64,000 bases of DNA from the human T2T-CHM13v2.0 reference genome, Homo sapiens. The translations under genes and the position numbers were made by a program. The notes beneath the pieces are model-generated. The model had not been told where the DNA came from. It saw nothing but the letters and a program-made list of their open reading frames with translations, and made no database searches. Where the stretch lies: NCBI RefSeq assembly GCF_009914755.1, contig NC_060927.1. The stretch is one strand, 5' to 3'. Positions 1-14,660 of the stretch are shown here, piece by piece. Positions within the stretch are counted from its first letter, which is position 1. Each line of letters begins with the position of its first letter.

Positions 1-1799
1 CAGTAGACTAATCCTGGTTCCATCTGAGAGAGTGCTCTTTTTTGATTCACTGCAGCTGGAGGGCTCACAGGGGAGAGAGGTGTGATAGAGCCTCATTGTC
101 TCTTTGGAGCCAATGCCTAGCCTGGGAGGTATTAGCACGTTGTGGTTAAAACTGAGCTAGTGTCAAGCCAACTAGGATTCTCATGTGCTCAGAAAAAAGA
201 GAACCCTGGACAAATAATCACTTTAAGATTGGTTCCCTATTTATAAAATGAGGGTGTTAACTACCTCATAGGATTGTTCTTAACGTTAAAAGAGATCATT
301 CTTAAGTGCCCAATTCATTACTTGACACAGTAATCGCTCAAAAGTTCTCTTGATTATCACCAAACCAGAAACCTGGAGAAGAAGCTGGGCTTTTGAATGA
401 GCAACTCTACATTGCTCAAGCCTATGGGAATCAGATATTTTGAGCCCAATAGGGATGCCTATGTTTTGATACTGGGAAGGTTTTCTAAAGTCAGGACGAT
501 TTGTACAGGATGGGTTCCATAAATAGAGTCTAATATTTGGAGGCATGAGGTGCACAAGTTGCAGGTGATATTTTTCAAAAGAATCAGTGGTGCAGTCCAG
601 GGCATGATTTGTAGCCTGTCAGTTGTAAGAAGCTACAGAGTGTCCCGAGTGGAGTCTCTGATAAGAGAGTGTAGTTAGAGGCTCATGAACATGATTAAGC
701 ACCTTCCACTTACTCTCAATAGAGACTTAATTAAATACCATGTTTATTTCCTTGACCACCTTTGCCAAAGCTGCAGAGATTCTGAATTGTTATTGCTGCA
801 ATTATTAGCAAGAATAAATGATTCTAAGAATGATGTTAGGCATTAAATTCGCACTTGCAGAAGCTAAAAAAAAAAAAAAACTATTACAACGCAGACATTA
901 GTTTTTCTCCCATCTTCCTGAACTGGTGGTGGAGGCCAACTATTAATAGCTGTACCTCAACTGTATAAAAAATCCTCTCTCTATTCTATCCACCCTGTAA
1001 CGAAAAGAAATCCTCCTACAATATTAGAATAATATAAAGAGGATGAACAGCATTATGCCAAAAGTGAGGTGGTAGCCTAGAGTCATTACTGTTTATCTCT
1101 GTTTCAAATTTTCCATAATGAAATTTTGGGGAGGAAAAGCTGTGGATCACAAAGATGTTCATTTAAACCCTCTGTGTGCTATTTTTTGTTATTTAATTTT
1201 TGTGTCTTAGGTTTTGCATCTGTACAATGGAGGAAGTAACACTCCTCACCTTGTGAGGATGACATGAGACCACAAAGATATTAGAAGTGCTTGATACAAT
1301 GCCTGGCACATGGAAATGTGGTCTGTAAATGGTAATCATTATCATGTTTCAATTTATTATAATTATTAATTTACTTGAAGAAACAAATCTAAATGAACAA
1401 AATTGGAAAATAAATGCACTTTAAAATGTCAAAATAAGAATACATTAGGATGTAAAATGGGAAAACATTTTATTCTCTGAAACGTAAATGAGGGATGGCT
1501 TATTCAACATGGATAGTTTTACTCCTATATGATGGTGGGCAATTAACCCAGCCTTTCCCCATGAGTAAGCTCATCTGATCCTTCCCATTGGAGTAGGTCT
1601 GATGGGCACCACTTTCTCAATCTGCAGGGGAAGAAACTGAGCTCAGAGAGGTGAAGATTAGTTCAAAAATTAGAATGGGGAATACAATCCAATGCTTTTC
1701 CCCCAGACATTTTATGCAGAATTCCAGGGGGCCGGTGGGGTCCATTGTGAAATGTATGTCCTACTGCAAGGGGACCGGGGAGCTACAGTCCAGCACTTA

Positions 1800-1950
1800 G
1801 GCAGGGCTGCATTTCCTGGGAGGCAGACAACTTTCCTTAGCTGAAACCGACTCTTCAGATGTCAAGCCACATGTTCAAAGTGCTGAATCCACCCAGAGAG
1901 GGTGCCTTTTGCTAATTCAGACCAGGGAATGCTGTTGGCTAGCTGGGTCC
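1800..1950. mobile_element. MER91-like hAT-Tip100 MITE relic
   Basis: AGAGGGTGCCTTTTGCTAATT...GGCTAGCTGGGTCC resembles the MER91 terminus; heavily diverged. Confidence 0.45.
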
Positions 1951-2119
1951 TCAGCCAGTCTGTGCCCCACACTTTAGTTCCAAGGTTCCTCTTGTGGAGC
2001 AAGCAGGAAGAAATTTACTTTTTTTTTTTTTTTTTTTAAATAGCAATACAACTTTTCCTTTTTATTTTTTTCTTCTTGTTTTCCCTTGGGATACAAAATG
2101 GTGATGCAGGTTTCATGAT

Positions 2120-2163
<44 letters not shown>
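2120..2163. repeat. (TA)5(TG)17 microsatellite
   Basis: Read directly; a long T tract lies just upstream at about 2019-2037. Confidence 0.97.
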
Positions 2164-2167
<4 letters not shown>

Positions 2168-4049
2168 ATTTTTACATCCTGTCTTTAAATATTTTTATTA
2201 GGTTTTATCTAATATGAAATGCTTCTCCTATCAATTAGGGTACTTAAAAGATTCATTTTCCATCCACATGGTTCTTCATTATTTACAATTCTCTATGACT
2301 TGAGCTTATTTGAAAACTTTATCTCACTTCTCAGACCAACATCCAAGTTGTTTCTATAAATAAAAAGCCTGAGTCACTTAATTTTGCAGACTCCTCTACA
2401 TGAAGTTAAATGGAATAATCTGAAGTTTTCTGGTATTAATCCATGATTTTATTTTAAATAGTAGTATTACATTGCCATCTTATTTTAATTTTTTTTTACT
2501 GTTCCGGGATCACTCTTGAAATGAGCAAGGTTATCATAATAAATGATAACTCTTAAGAATGCTAAGGCTTCTCTAATTTCTGCTTATTTTTATGAACACT
2601 GGGGCAGTACTGTTTGGTTTTCCCAACCTTATCATTTCAAACCAGCTAAAGCCGCAATAGGCTATTTGCGATCCTGAGTGATGAAGCCAGGCATCCCGGA
2701 GCCTGGCGGGTCTTGACTTGGCCAGGAATGGAGTTATTCTACACTGAGCTTTGCTCTTGTTGAAGGATGTTGATGTAAGTCAGAATTCTCTTAGAAAAAA
2801 GCATGAAGTAGCATTCCCACTCTGTAAATGTACTTTCTCTTTCAAGGATCTGAGAGTCTGACGAGGGAGCTCGAGTGCGTTAGAGGTGAACGCACCAAAA
2901 GGGTTTGTGAAAACGTAAAGTGCAGAGACTGGACTGGGTTTTATCCACTGTTGCATTCCCCTCCCTACTCAGCATGGAACTCTGCAATAATAAAAATGCA
3001 ATTAATGTCTTCTGAGTTGAATTCAAATAGCTACATAATAGCCAATAGAATATAACAACAACCACAAAACGCTTGGGAAAGAATTAGGGGGACAGAACAT
3101 AGCTTTTAGGGGAAAACACCATTTGCCTATCTCTTCATTCATTCATCCATTCATTAATTTCTTGCTTTGTATCTGAAAAGTTTTAAGGCAATGATGATGA
3201 AAGACTTGAAGGAGGTAGCACATGAGCTAGGATCTGCAGAATCGGTAAGATTTGGGGTAAAGAGGTAAGAAAGAAAGGGCAGGGGGAACTGCATTTGAAG
3301 AGGCAGAGGCTGCATTTTGCAGGCTGGGCTTGAGGAAGTGTGAGAGATGTCCTTTGGCTGGAGATTGGAGGCCATAGAAGGAAGCAGTGAACAGAGTTTG
3401 GAAAAGGAGGCTGAAGCCAGTCACAGCAGCCCTTGTACGTGGTGCCACCCCAGGGAACTGATGATGAGTAAGGGGTACAGCACAGTCTACTAGACTCAGT
3501 GGTCAGGCAGTCCTAGGTGCAAATGGCAGCTCTGGAGACATAATATCACTTTTCTGACTCTTGATGCATTTGTAAAATAGGGTGCTAGTAAAGATGCGAG
3601 AGCATCGTGTGGGTTAAAGTTGGGTGCCATAGACAGTGATGCCAGTCACTGGATGCTCGTTAAGCATGAGTTTCCTGTTGTTCCTGACCCTAAGCAACTC
3701 TGATCAATATAATTGTGTTCTTAAATACATACAAGCTGTTTATTAAATACATAAAAGGTGCATGTTAAAAATACGTCTCAGATATGTTTCTACATAGCAA
3801 AATATTTTATTTAATTTCTTACAACTACAACATGCAGTTGGTTATTCTCAGAGCTTTCTGGTTATTTCTTGATTAGTGGTATTATGTTTCTTTTCTTAGC
3901 AAACTCCTTGCTTTTCTGTTGTTTGTCCTGCACCTGTGATCTTCCAAATTTATCAATCTGATCCATGTATGCTCACCCATCCCAATGCCTTCTACACAGC
4001 CTCCCTGAACATGTACAAACTTTTTCACACATGTCAGTTTCATTTTAAA

Positions 4050-4133
4050 TTGACTACTTATGTCTTCAGATAGAAAAGCTACAGGTACGCTTTGACTACT
4101 TACGCCTTCAGCTAGAAAAGCTACATGTAAGCA
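4050..4133. repeat. 42-bp tandem duplication (2 copies)
   Basis: TTGACTACTTATGTCTTCAGATAGAAAAGCTACAGGTACGCT followed by TTGACTACTTACGCCTTCAGCTAGAAAAGCTACATGTAAGCA, about 6 mismatches. Confidence 0.9.
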
Positions 4134-4589
4134 TTACTTCCATGAAAATTCAGTGGGCAAAAGGAGAAACTGTCTTTGTTACATGGGTGCATTTTAACTT
4201 ACATTTTAGCATTTCACTTTTTCTGAAGAGTGAAACTCAGGCCCAGTACAAAGTTTTATCCACAGTGACAAGTGTAATATTTATTTTTGTATTTCCCTAC
4301 ATTCAATTTATTGCTAAATGGAAGATGCTTATTTAATTGGTCACATGATAATGGCATAAATGTTAAATGCTTTGTAAGTATTTTAACCATTTATATAATC
4401 TTAATCAACAGCTGTGACTGTGGTGCTTTTATCAATATTTTGATTATTTTATTTTCAGACACATAGCAAGGCTGAACTTCCCTGCTTCCTAGAAGTTAGT
4501 AAAGCCAGAGGATTTGCTTTGACCAATGAAACATGAGTGGAAATGATGTATGTTGCTTATAGCTGGAAGCCTTTAAGAGTCAGGGAGTA

Positions 4590-5217
<628 letters not shown>

Positions 5218-5775
5218 TAATTTGCCAAATCTCCTTCCCCTGGTGAGGTGACGGGTGAAGCTCCAGATGGCAGAAGCTCCAATGGCCTGTGTTATTTTCA
5301 TGGGCGGGACCCCCAGCCACACCAAGGAGGACATATAGCTTGAGTGAGGAGTAAACCTGTGTTTTGTTGTTGCTTAATTTCTTTTGTGAGATATTTATAC
5401 ACTCATATGCAAGGAGATCCTATTACTTTTTATCCAGTTTTCCCCAGTGATAACATCTTGCATAACTATAATACAATAAGCAGAAAATAGACATTGATAA
5501 AATCCACTGACTTTATTCAGATGCCACCAGTTTTACATGTGCTCCTTTGTGCATGTGTGCTTGTGTGTACTTAGTTCCCCGAAATGTTATCACATGTGTG
5601 ATAAAGAGCAGAGCAGTCCCCACACAGGATCTCAAGTGCTACCCTTTAGTAATCACAGTCACCTCCCTCCCTTCCTCCCTCTCCCTGACTCCTGGCAACA
5701 ACTAATCTGTTCTCCATATCTACGTGTTTGCCATTTCAAGAACAGATCAATAGAATCATACAGTATGTGACCTTG

Positions 5776-6190
<415 letters not shown>

Positions 6191-6689
6191 AAATATGTAA
6201 CCTTTTTTCCACTTGGCACAATTCCCTTGAGATATATTGAAGTTGTCGTGTGTATAGATAGTTGATCCCTTTTTCTTGTTTAGTAGTGTTCCATGGTATA
6301 GATACACCACAGTTTGTTTAACCATCTACCCATTGAAAGACATTTGAGTTGTTTCCAGTTTAGGGCTATTATGAATGGAGCTGCTATGAACATTTATGCA
6401 CAGAATTTTGCATGAATATAAGTTTTCACTTCCCTGGGATAAATGCCCAAGAGTGCAATTGCTGGGTCATATGGTAAGCACGTGTTTAGTTTAGTAAGAA
6501 ATTGCCTTGCGGTGCCATTTTACATTCCCAACAGAAGCTTTGTTGTTTGAACCCCCAAATTTTGGGGTTATTTGTTACTGTAGCATAACCTAGCCTGACT
6601 AATATATTACTAGATCATGTTCTTTGCAAGGTCAATATCTAATCACATTTAATTTCAATTATAAAATAAGAGTGCCTTAATGAGATTTT

Positions 6690-7465
6690 CTTTTATTCAT
6701 TTACTCATTTACTCGTTTATTCAATGAATGAGTTGTTTATTAAATACATACTATTCTTGGGAACATGCTATGTGCTGAGGATACAATAGTGGCAAAAACA
6801 CTTTTGATAGAGCTCAGTGTCTACCAGGAAAAGAGGATGAAATGGAGACAAAGAAAGCAGAAGACAAAACAAGGGAAGTGGTGCTACACAGGAGCAGCAC
6901 ACAACACCATGATGGCATTACAGCGGCACCGATGGAGGGGCCAGGTTGGGAAGACAGGGTTTTGGCCGGCAAAGGAGTTTCCTGAGTAGATGATGGCTGA
7001 GCTGAAATCTTAAGGTGAGTTAGCTAGGTAGAGGAGGCAGGTGAGGAGGTGAAGGCAGAGGGAGCATCCTAGACAGATGGAATACCTGATAAATGCTTTT
7101 TGGGGTCCAGAGTCTGGATAATTCATGAATATAAGGACGAAGGTGGCTGGAGCAGTGAGAACATGCATCGGAGAGGGGTAAGAGCAGACCAGTGACCTGC
7201 AAAAGTCAGAGTGCCCAGGACCACAGAGGCCACACTGGAGATATGGAGCTTGAGGGTCAGAGCAATAGGAATCTCTGAAGAGTTTAGAGCAATGGGAATC
7301 TCTGAAGAATTTTAAGCAATGAGGGTAATGTAGGCATATGTGAGCTTTTAAAATGTCACTCTGGTTATTGTGTGGAGAACAGATGTATGGGAGGCCAGCG
7401 TGGATGCATAGAAATGGCAAGTGTCTGAAATTACAGGATGCCATAAAGACAGAAGGGAGATCAGT
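6690..7465 (-). mobile_element. L2 relic
   Basis: ATTCATTTACTCATT tail then L2-like body (AAATGTCACTCTGGTTATTGTGTGGAGAACAGAT); internal tandem duplication of about 26 bp at 7260-7313. Confidence 0.75.
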
Positions 7466-7789
7466 ATGGAATTCTCTCACAGCTCCTCTCCTCAAAATGA
7501 ATCCCACCCTCCAGGCATGTAATATAATAGATAATAAATCTAGAATGTAATAGGATAAAAATAAGATGATAATGAACAGGAGATGATCCAGGGAGAGAGA
7601 AAATGCCTTATGGAATAGACCTGGGTCTGTTGCTAAGTACACTGAGCATGAAAAAAAAAAAAAAAAACGTGGAGTCTGGGAGAGGCATGTAAAATAATAG
7701 TAGGATCGCGATGAACAACTGATCTTAGGTGGAAGGGATTTAATAGACCCGATACTCATCCTATACACTGTAGAGCACATAGTGAGTAT

Positions 7790-8153
7790 TGTGGACCGAA
7801 TGCTGTGTACCCCCCAGACTCTTACGTTGAAATCTTATGCCCTAATGTGATGTTAAGAGGTGGGGTCTTTGGGAGGTAATTAGGATTAGATGAAGTCATG
7901 AGGGTTGAGGCCCCATGAATGAGATTACTGTCCTTATAAGAGTTCCGAGAGAGCTTACTTCCTCCCTTCCATTAGGTGAGGACACAGCAAGAAAGTGCCA
8001 TATATTAACCAGAAAGTGGGCATGAAATTAAAACTGCCAGTGCCTTGACCTTGGACTTCTCAGCTCCCAGATCTGTGAGAAATAAAGTTATGTTGTTTCA
8101 AAGCTATCCAGTTTGTAATTTAAAAAAAAAAGCACACTCAAGCTGACTAAGAC
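7790..8153 (+). mobile_element. MLT1A-type MaLR solo LTR
   Basis: TG...CA termini, GGGAGGTAATTAGGATTAGATGAAGTCATGAGGG core, AATAAA at about 8081, GACTAAGACA end. Confidence 0.9.
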
Positions 8154-9174
8154 AATGAGTTGAATATGAAGAAATAGAAAATATGAATGTCTGGATGTGT
8201 TTGTGTGGGAAAGGTGGCCTTATGTCCCCCTTATTCAATGAACTTACTTTATCAATTGCTTTCTTTTTGGTGTTTCTCATGGAAATGTCAAGGATCAGGT
8301 ATATTCTCTCTGGGATTCTATGTTATTTCTCCCTCAGAATGCTTAACAAAGCCTAAGCAAGTCTCTTTTTTATCAAAGCTCAGGAAAAATACTGGGATGA
8401 TAACACCCAGTGCTTGGGTGTCTTAAAGGAAGAAGAAAAAGAAGATGATGCCTGAGAAGTTTGCCACCTGCAGCTTGGCACTTCCTCATCCTAAAATTTG
8501 GCTGCTAATTTCTGCTGATGCTCATGGAAAATTTCCCAAAGACCCTGCTCCTGAATGAATTGAAAGCCTTTGAGTTGAGTTTGTATTCCTTAACCTGTAC
8601 CCTGTAAAAGACGGTAGCCAAGTAATGGAACTGTAGTTAATAAAACAGGAGACAGTCTCTCTTCTGGATAGATGGAAGACATTCCTGTTTGCCTCCAAAA
8701 TAAGCCTCTTTTCCCATCACTGCCCTTGGAGGTTGGACAGTTCATGCCCAGCACGCCTCTCAGTAAGCATCGAGAGCAGAAGAAGATAATCACTTGGCGG
8801 GAATTGTGCAGACTGCAATTCTCTCTTCAAGGAACAATTTGCCAGGGGAGCTGCCCATGCTGGTCACATTTTGTTAGTTTCTACCCACCAAGCAGCCGCT
8901 TGTGACAAAGAAGCTCCTGTCCTTCACTGGATTTGGTTTCAGGCAAATGAAATGATGCCTTGCCACTCTCTGGCAGACAGAAGTAGTTTCTCAAGATAGA
9001 AATTCAGGCTGTAGAAATGGATTTAGAGGATTTAGGGTATGGGGTGTGTGTTGGGCTTTTGAGTGTGAGATGGAGCATGAAGGGTGTAAGAATGTGCGGA
9101 CACTCAGGGCATTGAAGCCACTTGGAGCTCTGAGACCTGAGCATCTTGACTCTAGGAACATCTGGCATTTCTTA

Positions 9175-10560
9175 CCCACTCATTCAACAATGTTTACTGA
9201 GTATCTACAACGTGAGCCAGACACTTTTCCAAACAAAAGAGACAAAAACTGTACCCTCACGTAGCTTGCATTATACAAGGGAAAGAAAGATAACCAAATA
9301 GTATAATATACAAGTAACTTTCTACACTATACTAGGAGGTGAGAAACACTATGGAAAAAAGAAAACATAGTACAGAGTGAGTAGAAGAGGGGTGTTGGCA
9401 GGTGGGCAAGTGGTGGCATGAGGAAGATGGTTTCAGCAAACCTCACTGAGACTTGGAAGGGTGATGAATTAGCCAAGTAGCATTCGCAGGAAAAACACTG
9501 TAGGCAGAGAGAAGTGCTAGAGCCAATATTCGAAGGTGGGAGCCTGCCTGGCATGTTCACTGAATAGCAAGGAGGACAGGGAGTAATGGGAGGAGTATCA
9601 AGACATAAAGTCAGAGGACAAGTGGACCCCAAATCATGCCAGGCCTTGGAAAGAATCTGGCTTTTCCTTGTAGTGAAACTGGGAATCATTGGAGGGTCAC
9701 AATCTGATAAAATATGTATCCTGAGGTCAGGCGCGGTGGGTCTTGCCTGTAATCCCAGCATTTTGGGAGGCCGAGGGGTGCAGATCATTTGAGGTCAGGG
9801 GTTCAATATCAGCCTGGCCAGCATGGTGAAACCCCATCTCTACCAAAATACAAAAAATAGCCGGGTGTGGTGGTGCGTGCCTGTAGTCTCAGCTACTCTA
9901 GTTTATACAGATTCTGGAATTCTCTCACACCTCCCCTCCTGGAAACAAACACTCCAGCCTGGGCAACAGAGTGACACTATGTCCCAAAAAATAAATTATA
10001 TATATATACTATGTATTTTATGTTGTTTTCTTGAGACCATTCCATCGGGCATGAGCAGAAGCAGCACAGAGCTCTATTGGGAGGGTATAGCTCTAACCTA
10101 GGAATGAGGTGAGCATGGATTGGACTGGAATTGTAGCCAGGGAAGTGGTGAGAAATGGCTGAATTCTGGATATATTTTGAAGATAAAGTCAGCAGGATTT
10201 TTTATGGGTTGGACGTAGGAGAAAAGAAGTAGAATGTAGAAGACTGTAAGGATTTTGGCCGGAGCCGCTGGAATGAGGGCACTGCCATCAATTGAGCTGG
10301 GAAAGGCAGCAGGTAGAGCAGCTTTTTCGGAAAGATAAAGAGTAAGTATTGGACATATTGAACTTGTGAAGTCTATTAGACTTCCAGGTGGAGGCAGTGG
10401 ATATATAAGTTTGGAGTTTGGGAGAGAAATCTGGTCTCGTGAAATTGGAGGTCGGTGGCATATAGTTGACGTGAGACCATCAAGAGTATAGAGGCAGAAG
10501 AGGTGAAGACCAAGGGCTGAGCCCAGGGCACTCCAACATTAAGAGCCAAAGGAGATAACA
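9175..10560 (-). mobile_element. L2 element, interrupted by an Alu
   Basis: CACTCATTCAACAATGTTTACTGAGTATCTAC tail; L2 body GGATATATTTTGAAGATAAAGTCAGCAGGATTT and AGGGCTGAGCCCAGGGCACTCCAACATT. Confidence 0.85.
9725..9992 (+). mobile_element. Alu with substituted right-arm core
   Basis: Alu left arm and start of right arm to CTACTC (9898), 51 non-consensus nt, then CACTCCAGCCTGGGCAACAGAGTGA and A-rich tail. Confidence 0.92.
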
Positions 10561-12619
10561 CATGGCAGAACACATGTTGCATCTGCACGACACAGCGTCA
10601 GTGTTCAATGAATATGACCTAGGATGGCTATAATTATTAGAGTATTTATTATATCCATAATGACTGCTTGTTTCGTTATGATCTAAATTAGAAAACAATG
10701 GTCTCAAATATATTTTTTTTCAGGAGTATCAAGAGTGACAATTCAGTTCCCCCAAATTCCTTGCTGTAGCGTAAATGGATAATTATTAAAATTAGGAGGA
10801 AGGTTAAGATTACCTAGAGTGTTCGCTAACCATTTATCAAATTTTTTAAGTGCAGCAGGCTCTGTGCTGGTCTGAGAAAGGGCACAGAGAAGATTGCTGT
10901 CCTCAGGGAGTGTACAGTCTAATGGGGAGACACAGAACTGTGTATTAAGTGTTCTGGATACAAAAAAGTACTTTCAGAATAAAAGAAAATAAAATTTAAT
11001 TATGGGTTTATGGCTTAGGATAAGGTAAGTGCAGGTGGATATGGGCAGTTATTCATATGTATAGGTCAGTACATATGTGTGGTCACTTGCTTTTGGAACA
11101 CATAATCACCTAAGGAATTTCAGGATCAGATGATGGAACTAATGGAAGCTGAATAGGGGTTGTAGAGACTGGGGTGGGAGCACAGGGGCAAGTTCAATGA
11201 TGTGTCAGACTGAAAAAGTCTGGGAAACAATAGAAAAGAGTTTTCAAAGAAAAGACTCAGGTCCCACCCAATTGTCTTTGATGTTCTGCCAGCTTCCTTC
11301 AGAATCCCACACTCATTCACTTTGACCTGAACCTCTGGCTTTCACCAGGATGAGGAAAATACTTTGATCTACTTGAAAACGGGGTCTTGGAAAGGTGATG
11401 AGTTTCCAAGGGGGTTCTTGGCAGACAGTTCTTGTGGGCTGCCAACCACAAAGGCAATTTGGGGTCCTGCTGCTATTGGCCCCAGCAGTAGCACCTCGGT
11501 GTGGTCTGTATAGACTTGTGCATTATTCTCAAGCCCTGAATCAAAGGGAGAATTTGATATCAGGGGTGGAAAGCGGCATTCCCATTGGAAACTCTGATGT
11601 CACAGTCAAATGCGCTACCGTTCACAGTTGGGTTCCCCATTTGACAGCTGAGGCTTGAAACAGAATCCTTTTTGAAATGAGAAAAAAAGGAAAATGTTGG
11701 GCTGAATTTCAGGAAATGCCCTAATGATGAAATCTGGGAAATGGCAAACGTGTATAACCAGGGAAGTGGTATGCGTCCCAAAGCTTGAGTCATTCAAAAC
11801 CATGTTGGCGATATCATTGGAAAAAAGTTGGGGGAGAAGGGGACTGTCTTGGTGGAAAATCTGTGAAGTCCCCCCACAGCGTTGTAGTGGCACTTTTCTG
11901 AGTATTTGACAGGAACTGGCTTCTAAATATGCCTTGCTTTCCTCTGCATCATGCACTATCTAGAGCATAAATAAGGCACGCACAAACTTTCCATTTCGCT
12001 CATGTCCCAGGCATCATTCTCTCTTCAAGTATTGAACCGATTCCGAAAAAAAAAAAAAAAATTGCTTCAAGAACACAATATGATAAATATGACAGATAAA
12101 AATAAAGTATAGTTAGTTACAGATCAATTTTACAAAGTCAGACACATGTATTATCTCAGTTAAACCACAGTTCATCCTCTTGGTGGGCATTCTCCGTTTG
12201 TGGGTGAGATCACTGAGATTTAATGAGGTTATGACTGGTCTGAACTTCTGACTTCCAAACCACTCTTGTGGTTATTCCTGCTCCACTCTACTCAGCCTCT
12301 CAAGAGAGTTAAGGGAGAAAAATCCCTCCACATTGATAAAAACTTATGAAATCTCATTAAATTATTAAAGGAAAATCTATAGTTTATTAGAAGGCAAAGG
12401 TACACCAACATGAACTCCATCAGCTACCAAAGTAATTTTTTTTGTTTGCCTTTAAACCTAATCTTTCTTCCTTGCTCTGGAATCCACATAAGATGAGGTC
12501 TTTGTTTGCTCTGAAACGAACATCCTTATAAATCTGTAATTCACACATTTTCCTGACTCTCCTTAGATCAACAATAACCTCTTTCCTCTGGTGCATCTTT
12601 AATTTTTCTCCAGTGGATG

Positions 12620-14135
12620 TTTCCTCTACTCTACAAAACTGTTCAAATCGTTTCTACCCCAAACTCACATTTGTTTCAACGTCCTTACCTTTCTCTCTTA
12701 CATTCCTTTAACTTCTGAACTTCTTTACAATGAAGCACACACCACATTTCCCCATTATTTTCTCTTTAATGCCTTACAAACTAGCTTCTTCCCTATACTC
12801 TCCTGAGATGCTCATGGAAGGTATAATCAAACTAATGACCTCATCTTTGTTTGCTGCGCTGACTACCACAGCCTGTTTGACACATCCATCACTTGGTTTT
12901 AGAAACATAGTAACTGCCTAGTAGTCTTCCATTTTTTTTCCTCTATCCTCTCTTATAAATAGACATTTAATAATGTCCATTTCCCAGCAACATTATTGCT
13001 CTTAAAGACCCTTTCAGGACCATTTATCATTCCAAAGGCTTGACTTTCACTTCTAAAGGCATGATCCTCCAGTCTAAGTCTCTTGTCCTAAAAATTCTAC
13101 TGAAATTTGGATATTTGCCTTTGAAATCCCCAGGAAAAAGACCAATCTGAAGGATTTACCAGCCACCTTTGATTCAATACAGCCCAAACTGAGACATTTT
13201 CCATGACCTGAACTTGGTAACACCATTTCAAAACTCCTGGTCTCCAGGTTCAAATCCTTAAGTCATCCTTGCTCCCTTCTCACTTCTCATGCCCAATAGC
13301 CCTATTCACTTCCCTATTCTGCCTCTGAAAGGTACATGCATTCCTCCTTTTTGCTTGGCACTGTCCTACCCCAGATGCTCACCATTTCTCCCTAAGCTTT
13401 TGCAACAGCCTCTTGATTGCTGATGATGACAGCAATGGCTAATATTTATAAGACTGTACCATGCCGAGGAACAGTGCTGAGCAGCCTGTGCACATCCACA
13501 GTCCTGTGAGTGAACCACTGCTGTGAGCCCTTCTTTCTAGTGGGGAGACTGTGGTCCAGAGGGTGAAATGTTTTTCTCAGGTCACACCATGTGCACAAAG
13601 TATAGCCATGACTCAAATACATTTCAGAGTCAATGCCTGAGCTTCTATTCCCAAGGCATATTGTCTCCCAATATAAATAACAAAATCCGAATCTTTCAGC
13701 CTGACCATCAAAACTCTGCAGAATATGGTCTTCTCCAACCTCCTCAACTTTATCTTCCAGTTTATTCCTTTAGTCTACTCTAGGCTACTACTGTTGCAAA
13801 AGATGATCCCTTTATCTACATTGTTTACCTCCTCTTCACATCGACATTTGAGGTTCATCTCAAAACACATATCCTCCAAGAAGACTTCACAGATATTCCC
13901 ACTCAGAATCAGTCTCTCCCCATGTGCCTTGCATGTAGTTTGTTTCGGCACTGGAGCAATGATTTGCTGCATGGTAGTTACTTGAGTGTACATATATTCA
14001 TCTCACCTGTTCATGTCTTGAATACAGGGCCCATGTGTTACACCTCTCTGTTATATTCATGCCCCCACCTCCCCACCATGCCAGTAGTGCCTGGCATGTG
14101 ACGAGCCTTCAATACATTTTGGTAGAACTGAAGAG
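12620..14135 (+). mobile_element. Old L2 relic, interrupted by a MIR (about 13425-13660)
   Basis: Pyrimidine-rich L2-like body ending in GTAGTGCCTGGCATGTGACGAGCCTTCAATACATTTTG. Confidence 0.65.
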
Positions 14136-14449
14136 CAAGCTTGGGTATGGTTGGGGGTTGGATTATTAATAGTGTTTCCAAGTGGGAAGTGAGACTGGCA
14201 CCCTGGCCAGTCTATTCCTGAGTTACCACAGATCCCAAAAGGTCTTTAGGCTTAATCATTCACAGAACACAGCCGGTATTAGGAGCAAGACTCTCTTCCA
14301 ATTAATAACTGAAGTCCAGTGTTCAACTTCCACAAAGCATTTACTCTATAATTGGTATTAATTCCTTCAGAAGTAATTTCCACTGTTCTTCAGCTCCCAT
14401 CACCAACTAAACTTGAGTATCAATGGTGGTAAAAATAACAACGACAAAA

Positions 14450-14660
14450 GCTAACATTTACCAAACTTTACATTTATAAATCTCCATTTGATCTTCGAAA
14501 CCACTTAATGCAGTAGAGACTACTATCATTCCCTTTTTCTGAATGAAAAGATTGAGGTTCAGAGGGGCTGAGGAACTTCCCAAGATCACTAAGCCAATAG
14601 GAAGTGATGAAGCCGGATGCAATCTGACACCCACACTCTTAACCACTGAGCCTCACCATC
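14450..14660 (-). mobile_element. MIR
   Basis: Core ATTCCCTTTTTCTGAATGAAAAGATTGAGGTTCAGAGGGGCTGAGGAACTTCCCAAGATCAC. Confidence 0.75.

Noticed and set aside
7010-7780. Longest ORF (256 aa, minus strand)
   Set aside because: Runs largely through an L2 relic, a poly-T tract and a tandem duplication; no recognisable domain and non-protein-like composition.
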